From positions 23,350 through 87,349 of the forward strand of contig JBJXFB010000080.1 in assembly GCA_046155895.1 (NCBI GenBank): DNA of 64,000 bases, given 5' to 3'. The notes under the pieces were generated by a model. That model did not search any database. It saw only the letters and a program-made list of their open reading frames with translations, and was not told the origin of the DNA. Shown piece by piece: positions 58,303 through 64,000 of this stretch (position 1 is the first letter of the stretch; each line of letters begins with the position of its first letter). The position numbers were made by a program, and so were the translations under genes. This DNA comes from Planctomycetota bacterium. GTDB lineage: Bacteria; Planctomycetota; UBA1135; GCA-002686595.

Positions 58303-59078
58303 TTGCCCACTTCTCCGGCTGGGACCAGCGCACGCTGGAGCTTGCCCTGGACGAAGTCACCTTCGGCCTCGATCCTCTGGATCGCGAGGAACTCCTGGAG
58401 CGCGTCGACCCGCGAGCACTGCAGGAGCTCGAGTTCGCCGTAGCGTCGCTGAACGTCGCGGCGCTGGGAGAGCTGGAATCCCCGCCCGCCGAGCTGACCC
58501 GGCGTATCGCGGCCGCCGGTCGCGCCCGGCTCGCCACGACGGCCTCCACGCCGCCCGCGTCGCAGCGTCCCGCGCCGATCCCGAGTGCGCGCCGCCGCGG
58601 CTGGGTCGCAGCCGCCCTGCTCGCGGCCGCGCTCGTCCTGGCTGTCTTCGTGCTGGATCGTGTCCGCGAGCGTCGCCTGGCTCCGGTCGAGCGGCGCGAG
58701 CAGCTCCTCGCCAGCGCATCCGACCTCGTGCGCGCGGCCTGGAAGGCGAGCGACGATCCGTTCGCCGGCGGCGTGAGCGGCGACGTCGTCTGGAGCTCCG
58801 CGCGCCAGGAGGGCTACATGACCCTGCGCTCCCTTCCCGCCAACGACCCCGCGCGGAACCAGTATCAGCTCTGGATCTTCGATTCGACGCGCGCGGAATG
58901 GCAGGCGAAGCCGGTCGATGGCGGCGTGTTCGACGTCGTTTCCGGCACGGAAGTGATCGTCCCAATCGACGCCAAGCTCGAGGTCCGCCGGGCCGCCATG
59001 TTCGCGCTCACGCTCGAGGCTCCCGGAGGCGTCGTCGTGTCCGCGCGCGAGCACCTGCTCGCGATTGCGACGCCTTGA
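58299..59078 (+). CDS. anti-sigma factor with RskA-type (anti-sigma-K) extracytoplasmic domain
   Basis: GTG overlaps the sigma stop (GTGA). Single TM WVAAALLAAALVLAVFVL. C-terminal YQLWIFDS......KPVDGGVFDV.......VPIDAKL......FALTLEAPGGVVVS is the RskA pattern. Confidence 0.75.
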   Translation: MIAHFSGWDQRTLELALDEVTFGLDPLDREELLERVDPRALQELEFAVASLNVAALGELESPPAELTRRIAAAGRARLATTASTPPASQRPAPIPSARRRGWVAAALLAAALVLAVFVLDRVRERRLAPVERREQLLASASDLVRAAWKASDDPFAGGVSGDVVWSSARQEGYMTLRSLPANDPARNQYQLWIFDSTRAEWQAKPVDGGVFDVVSGTEVIVPIDAKLEVRRAAMFALTLEAPGGVVVSAREHLLAIATP

Positions 59079-59105
59079 ACCGGACGCGCCAGGCGAGCGC
59101 CCCGG

Positions 59106-60182
59106 CTAGGAACCGACCAGCCCGAGCCCTTTTCGAACGGCCTCCGCGGCGTCGGCGGCATGCCCATCGGCTCCGGAGCGCCGCCACAGCTCGGGTCGTC
59201 CCGCGTATGCGGCGCCCCCCACCAGGATGCGCAGGCCAGGTCTGCCCGCGCGCAGGGCCCGGATCGCTTCCGCCGTCCTGACGCGCTGCTCGTCGAGCGT
59301 CGCGCCCAACGCGACCAGATCGGGCTGATGGCGCAGGACGAAGGTCACCAAGTCCGCGACCGGCGTGTCGGCTCCCAGCAGCAGGGTGCGCCAACCGTCG
59401 AGCTCGAAGTGCGCCGCCACGAACGCCAGTCCGAGGTCGTGCGCGTCGCCGGCCACCGCGGCGACCACCACGGTGCGCTCTCGAGGACGAGCACGGGGAG
59501 CCTTCGACAGCGCGAGCGTGAGCACCTTGCGCGTGGTCTGCGTTGCGTAGTGCTCCTCGCCGACGCCCACCGCGCCGAGATGCCAGCGCCGGCCGAGCTC
59601 GCGCTGGGCGGGAACGAGGACCGAGTCGACGAGCGCCTGCACCGTGAGCCGGCCCTCGTCGAGTGCCTCGCGAACCAGGCTCGTGGCGCGGACCTCGTCC
59701 CCGGCGACCAGCGCGTCGACGTAGCTCTGCGCGAGTGTTCCTGCCGGCGAGGCCGGGCCGGGCGGCGCCGGCTCCGCGGCGACTCCGCTATCGAGTTCGT
59801 GGCGGGCATGCCGGAAGTACTCGCCGAGGGGGGACCACGCCTCGCCCGGCAGGGATTCCTCGAGCACGGATTCGAGACACGTCAGGGCCAGAGCGAGACC
59901 GTCGGAAGGCATGGCGCGTGCGGCGAAAGCGTCGCGAGACCAGGCGACTCCTGCCGAGAAAAGCTCGGGAGCCTCGTCCTCGACCGCCGAAGCCAGCGCG
60001 AGGACTTGCCGGCTCAAGTAATCCTGCCACGCAGCGAAACCGGTCGACTCGACGACATCGGGCGCGCGCTCGAACATCTTCGCCGCCGCCAAGCCGGCGA
60101 AGCCTCTCGTGCTGGCGCGCAGAAGTGATGCCGTGAGCGAGGTAGCTTCCACGCATTGAACACCATGCCCGCAATCTGGCAC
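59106..60182 (-). CDS. cobalamin (B12)-binding protein: unknown helical N-terminal domain + CarH-like four-helix bundle + B12 Rossmann domain
   Basis: DxHxxG motif GDAHDLG. GG motif ILVGGAA. W-X9-E-H motif in the preceding helical module (RRW-HLGAVGVGE-EH). No MerR-type HTH is recognisable in the first ~165 aa. Confidence 0.75.
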   Translation of the reverse strand: MPDCGHGVQCVEATSLTASLLRASTRGFAGLAAAKMFERAPDVVESTGFAAWQDYLSRQVLALASAVEDEAPELFSAGVAWSRDAFAARAMPSDGLALALTCLESVLEESLPGEAWSPLGEYFRHARHELDSGVAAEPAPPGPASPAGTLAQSYVDALVAGDEVRATSLVREALDEGRLTVQALVDSVLVPAQRELGRRWHLGAVGVGEEHYATQTTRKVLTLALSKAPRARPRERTVVVAAVAGDAHDLGLAFVAAHFELDGWRTLLLGADTPVADLVTFVLRHQPDLVALGATLDEQRVRTAEAIRALRAGRPGLRILVGGAAYAGRPELWRRSGADGHAADAAEAVRKGLGLVGS

Positions 60183-60293
60183 CGCGTCAATGCCCGTCGG
60201 CGCAGGGTCGTCGGGCGCGGGTCCTGTCGGGGGGGCGACGAGCGACGCGAGTCGTGATCCGCAGCGGACGGAAAGTCAGCTCGCCCCGCTCGG

Positions 60294-60974
60294 TCATTTC
60301 GCTTTCGCATCCTCCTCGATCGTCTCGAGGTAGTGCTGGAGGAAGAACTTCTTCTCCGGATCGAAGTACCGATCCGATCTCCCGACCAGCGGGCGCAAGG
60401 TCGTCATCATCTGGCAGCAGGTCAGGAGGAAGATCAGGGCCCAGACCAGAGTGAGCTCGGGGTGTTTCGACTTCCAGCGCTTGAGGGACGCATGGAGGAC
60501 GCGCACGCTCACGAGGATCGACAAGCCCCAGACGATGAGGTGGATCGCGCCGATGAAGAAGACGAGCGTCGAGGACTGGGAGAACACCCAGGCGACGGGC
60601 GCGAATCCGACCAGGAAAACTGCGGTCAGGGCGAGGAGGCCCAGCAGGAGTCCGAGCACGTGCTTCGCCCGCACCTCCGCGCCGGACAGCGTCGAGAAGA
60701 TGTAGAGGCTCGGGTAGCAGATCGCCCCGCACAGAACCGTCCCGAGCACGATCTTCGAGGGGGCCGCCCACCACTGCGCGCCGCCGGAGAAGCTACCGAC
60801 GACGAGGCCGTACGCGAGATGTCCGGCGATCGCGGTCAGGGCGAGCATCGCGAGCAGGCGCGCCGCGCCCGGGCCGTCGAGCTCGGCGAGAAGTAGATCC
60901 GGGCTTCGGATCAGCCGATCGAGGGGATTGCCGCGGGCGGAGGTGGGAGGATCGGAATCGGCTCGCTCGTTCAT
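60294..60974 (-). CDS. hypothetical 5-TM membrane protein (paralog of 60984..61733)
   Basis: Five hydrophobic helices. After TM5 there is a TTLRPLVG motif and an amphipathic tail (KKFFLQHYLETIEE). Same architecture as the upstream gene (WNLRPWFG...QGTLYESVYRMV). Confidence 0.6.
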   Translation of the reverse strand: MNERADSDPPTSARGNPLDRLIRSPDLLLAELDGPGAARLLAMLALTAIAGHLAYGLVVGSFSGGAQWWAAPSKIVLGTVLCGAICYPSLYIFSTLSGAEVRAKHVLGLLLGLLALTAVFLVGFAPVAWVFSQSSTLVFFIGAIHLIVWGLSILVSVRVLHASLKRWKSKHPELTLVWALIFLLTCCQMMTTLRPLVGRSDRYFDPEKKFFLQHYLETIEEDAKAK

Positions 60975-60983
60975 CGGCTCAGC

Positions 60984-61733
60984 TCAGAAGTGGTAAAGGA
61001 CCATGCGGTAGACGGACTCGTAGAGCGTCCCTTGGAACGCGTCCTCGCGGAGGAACTCGACCTCCATGCCGGGCGTGCCGAACCAGGGCCGCAGGTTCCA
61101 CGACAGCTGCGCGCCCACGATCAGGTTGACGGCGAGCCAGGAGAGGACGACTCGGTCATCGTGCGCGGCGGAGGGACATGCCTCCCGCAGCCAACGCTGC
61201 TGGCGTCGAACGGCCGCGATGCCGGCGACCGCGATCGCGAGGACGTGCGAGAGGGCCAGAACGTCGTGCCCGACGCGCGCGCCGACGGATTCGGGCCCCG
61301 GCAGCGTGAGGTCGAAGAGCAAGATCACGAGCGCGAAGGACCCGAGGACGATTCCAGCGACTCCGAAGGCGAGGAGCACGGCTCGCAGCGACTGCGCGAA
61401 CGTCAGGTCGAGTCCCAGACGCCTCGCCCACAGTCCGTTCAGCACGGCATTCGTGAGCGCCGTGAGCACGAGGAGCAGGGGCAGCTTGATCGCGACGTAG
61501 GCGGCGAGAAGGGGATCGCGCCACAGGCCCATGGCCGCGCCGTAGGCGCTGCCGCCGACCGTGAGGAGGAGGACGGGCTCCAGGAAGCCCGCGGCGTTCC
61601 GGGAGAAGATCCACCCGCTCGCCATGGAGGGCTCGCTCCTCAACAGGGCCGAAGCGCGTGACGCGAGCGAGGCAGAGGTCATGGGATCCCAGAGGAGGCC
61701 GGCGGGAAGGAGGCCGTTCACTTTGTACCGCAA
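60984..61733 (-). CDS. hypothetical 5-TM membrane protein (paralog of 60294..60974)
   Basis: Five hydrophobic helices and a conserved LRPxxG after TM5. 9-nt gap to the downstream paralog. The exact start is uncertain. Confidence 0.6.
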   Translation of the reverse strand: MRYKVNGLLPAGLLWDPMTSASLASRASALLRSEPSMASGWIFSRNAAGFLEPVLLLTVGGSAYGAAMGLWRDPLLAAYVAIKLPLLLVLTALTNAVLNGLWARRLGLDLTFAQSLRAVLLAFGVAGIVLGSFALVILLFDLTLPGPESVGARVGHDVLALSHVLAIAVAGIAAVRRQQRWLREACPSAAHDDRVVLSWLAVNLIVGAQLSWNLRPWFGTPGMEVEFLREDAFQGTLYESVYRMVLYHF

Positions 61734-61843
61734 AGTGCACGTCTCAGCCAGGCCCCCCTCCCTCGATCCCCCGAATCAGGGACGGCGCGGCCGTGGCGAG
61801 GACCCTGCGGCGGCTCCAGGCGTGATCGCCGCGCCCGCCGCGC

Positions 61844-62998
61844 TCAGCGAGCGGCCTCGAGCCGGGTCCATGCGAGCGTCGACCCCACGTTGGGATCGAA
61901 GCCGGCCTCGTTGGAGAACACGTACTCGCCGCTCCGGTTCGTCCACACGTCTCGATAGCCCGAGGGAAGCTGGACCTCGCGTCCCTCGTAGGGATGGTCA
62001 TAGGTCTCCACGCCGCGGACGTACTCGCTGAATTCCCGCGACGTGCGGTCTTGAGAGGCCTGGCGCTCCTCCCAGGACGAGCGCATCCCGGCCAGGATCT
62101 CGTCGTTGTTGCGCGAGATCCGCCGGGAGAGCTCTCCGGCGTCGCGAATCGACTGCATCTGGCCCTGGCGCCAGAGATCCAGGACCTGCGCGTAGCCGGC
62201 GTACCAGGCGAGCTCGAGGCGCAGCGAGGAGATCATCGCCTGCAAGAGCGGAGCGAGCGTGTCGATGCGGTCCTTCTCGGCTCGAAACGAGTACTGGTGC
62301 TCGAGGCTCCAGATCGTCATCGTCGGGACGAGGGGAGAGCGCGAGAGGACGATCGTGATGTACACGTCCTCCGCGACCGCCTTCCCGCGGTCCACGTATT
62401 CGAGCCGGACTTTTCCGGCGCTGACGCGCTTCTCGACGCCCGCTTCCTGCACGCCCTTCTGGACGGCGCGCGAGACTTCGGGGAGCTCCGTCGCGGCCCC
62501 GATCTTCAGGCCCTGGACGCTCTTGCGGTGCAGGGGAACGAACACGTCACGCACGTAGCCGAGCACGTCGCGCGGGGGCGGGTACACCACGCTGCCCATG
62601 TAGTTCTGCCCCGTCTGGAAGAAGCCCACGCTTCCGCTGTCGTCCCAGCAGGCGGGGATGATGGGGAAGGACTCCAAGGCGGCCGCGCTCTTCGGGTCAC
62701 GAACGACGAACTGTCCGGTGGCGAGATTGGAGTACTGCATCTGCCACAGGACGCCGCCCTGGATCGTCCATTCCGCGGGGATGAGCATCGTGAATGCTGT
62801 GCACCCGATGCCGGGATCGGCGACCTCGATCCTGCGCAGTTTCAGATTCTGGCTCGCCGCGATCGCCGGCTTCTCGTTCTTCGCCGGAGCTTGCCCGTCG
62901 GAGGAAGCGATCGCGGCCTCGCCGCAGGCGGCGATCAGAGCGGGGCCGATCCAGGCCCATCGACCGAGCGAAAAGCGGTCTCCAGGAAAGACGCTCAC
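61844..62998 (-). CDS. hypothetical lipoprotein (384 aa)
   Basis: GTG 62998. Lipobox-like GPALIAAC. Globular region followed by a charged helical C-terminus (RRISRNNDEILAGMRSSWEERQASQDRTSREFSEYVRG). I recognise no family. Confidence 0.6.
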   Translation of the reverse strand: MSVFPGDRFSLGRWAWIGPALIAACGEAAIASSDGQAPAKNEKPAIAASQNLKLRRIEVADPGIGCTAFTMLIPAEWTIQGGVLWQMQYSNLATGQFVVRDPKSAAALESFPIIPACWDDSGSVGFFQTGQNYMGSVVYPPPRDVLGYVRDVFVPLHRKSVQGLKIGAATELPEVSRAVQKGVQEAGVEKRVSAGKVRLEYVDRGKAVAEDVYITIVLSRSPLVPTMTIWSLEHQYSFRAEKDRIDTLAPLLQAMISSLRLELAWYAGYAQVLDLWRQGQMQSIRDAGELSRRISRNNDEILAGMRSSWEERQASQDRTSREFSEYVRGVETYDHPYEGREVQLPSGYRDVWTNRSGEYVFSNEAGFDPNVGSTLAWTRLEAAR

Positions 62999-63066
62999 GG
63001 CGAGTCTCGATGCGGGAACGGGGCTTTGGCCCGCGGGGAATACGTTACCGTATTCCGGTCCCCGGC

Positions 63067-64000
63067 ATGCGACGAAGGAAGCGATCCGCGCCCCAGAGCC
63101 AGCCCGAGCCTCCTCCCCCTCCCCGCGAGACCCCCGCGGCTGCGGAATCCGCGAGGCGGGGGGATCGGCTCGATCTCGGACTGAAGATCATCACGACCCT
63201 GGCCGGAATCACCGGCGCCGTCCTGGGTCTGATCGGGTATCGCAACGCGAACCGGGTCGCCGACGAGCAACGTGCCCAGCGTGCGAGTTTCGATTGCCTC
63301 ACGGCCCAGAGCAAGCTCGATCGCGCCTGGGACGACCTGGGCGGCTCGCCGCTCTCGACGGTCATCCAGCGGTACACGAACGAGTCGCGACGACTCGAGG
63401 AAGCGACGGAGTTGAGCCGAGAGGCCGAGCTCCTGTGTCCTGAAGTGCGCGCCCGGGCGATCCGGATCCGAGCGCACGTGCTGCGCGCGCAACGGCGTTT
63501 CCAGGACGGCTTGCAGATGTTCCAGCAGGCGCTGCAAGTCGATCCGGAGGACGTCCTCTCCCAGGCGGGGATCGGCCATGCCCTGCTGGATCTCGGCCGT
63601 GCCGAAGAGGCGCTCGCCGCGTTCCGACGCGCACTCGAGCTCGACTCGCGAGACGCCTTGATCCATCAGAATGTCGGCTGGGTCTTGATCATGCTCGGCA
63701 GGCACGCAGAGGCGTTGTCGGCCTACGATCGCGCGCTCGAGCTCACGCCGGAAGACGCGTCGGCCCACAACGGACGCGGGAACGCGCTGGCGGGACTCGG
63801 ACGGGCGGAGGAGGCGCTCGCGGCCTACGAACGCTCCATGGAGCTCGACCCGGCCGACGCGCAGGCCCCGAACGGCAAAGGCATCGTCCTGCGCGAGATG
63901 CATCGGCTCGAGGAGGCGCTCGCGGCCTACGACCTGGCGATCGAGCGCGATCCCTCCGACGCGCTCCCCCGCAACGGCCGGGGGAACGCGCTGTACGACC
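63067..64000 (+). CDS. membrane-anchored TPR repeat protein (3' end outside the window)
   Basis: Not in the ORF track because no stop is reached. My own translation from ATG 63067 is MRRRKRSAPQSQPEPPPPP...LKIITTLAGITGAVLGLIGY (TM), then at least five 34-aa TPR units (ALELDSRDALIHQNVGWVLIMLGRHAEALSAYDRALELTPEDASAHNGRGNALAGLGRAEEALAAYERSMELDP...). Confidence 0.8.
   Translation, partial: MRRRKRSAPQSQPEPPPPPRETPAAAESARRGDRLDLGLKIITTLAGITGAVLGLIGYRNANRVADEQRAQRASFDCLTAQSKLDRAWDDLGGSPLSTVIQRYTNESRRLEEATELSREAELLCPEVRARAIRIRAHVLRAQRRFQDGLQMFQQALQVDPEDVLSQAGIGHALLDLGRAEEALAAFRRALELDSRDALIHQNVGWVLIMLGRHAEALSAYDRALELTPEDASAHNGRGNALAGLGRAEEALAAYERSMELDPADAQAPNGKGIVLREMHRLEEALAAYDLAIERDPSDALPRNGRGNALYD

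Overview
This is a very GC-rich (exact value not computed) bacterial chromosomal segment of about 60 tightly packed genes. I found no rRNA, tRNA, CRISPR array, transposase or integrase. Many long ORFs in the track are antisense or out-of-frame shadow ORFs typical of high-GC DNA, and I rejected them.

Gene content, in order:
- LemA-TPM-TPM trio (1-1738).
- Minus-strand CRTAC1-like / sensor kinase / nagB unit (1741-6823).
- Secreted DUF1800/DUF1501 pair (7011-9937).
- MORN/YwqK-repeat protein and an orphan Cys-rich secreted protein (9942-12170).
- A complete 12-kb respiratory cluster (12589-24741): Alternative Complex III actABCDEF, a small membrane protein, SCO, and caa3-type oxidase subunits II/I/III/IV.
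- A 7-bladed propeller protein with a Cys-rich C-terminal domain (24738-26528).
- B3/4-domain protein, dienelactone hydrolase and DUF2071 (26571-28888).
- MFS / fused E1 alpha-beta TPP enzyme / FabD-like acyltransferase trio (28887-33535).
- EcsC, galK, DUF1579 and fasciclin genes (33532-37829).
- MarR-DoxX-RND tripartite efflux operon (38364-45382).
- CorE-like Cys-rich ECF sigma factor next to a YHS-domain P1B ATPase (45633-48824).
- katG flanked by NhaA and TerC gene remnants (48829-52355).
- Class II photolyase-ybgA-SDR/DUF2867-lipoprotein operon (52435-57044).
- ECF sigma / RskA-type anti-sigma pair (57742-59078).
- A stand-alone CarH-type B12-binding protein with an unrecognised N-terminal domain (59106-60182).
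- An uncharacterised lipoprotein plus two paralogous 5-TM proteins, divergent from a TPR protein (60294-64000).

The best candidates for undescribed biology are the B12 photoreceptor-like protein with its co-directional envelope genes, and the E2-less fused E1 / acyltransferase / MFS trio. All functional calls come from reading the translations by eye; no searches were run.
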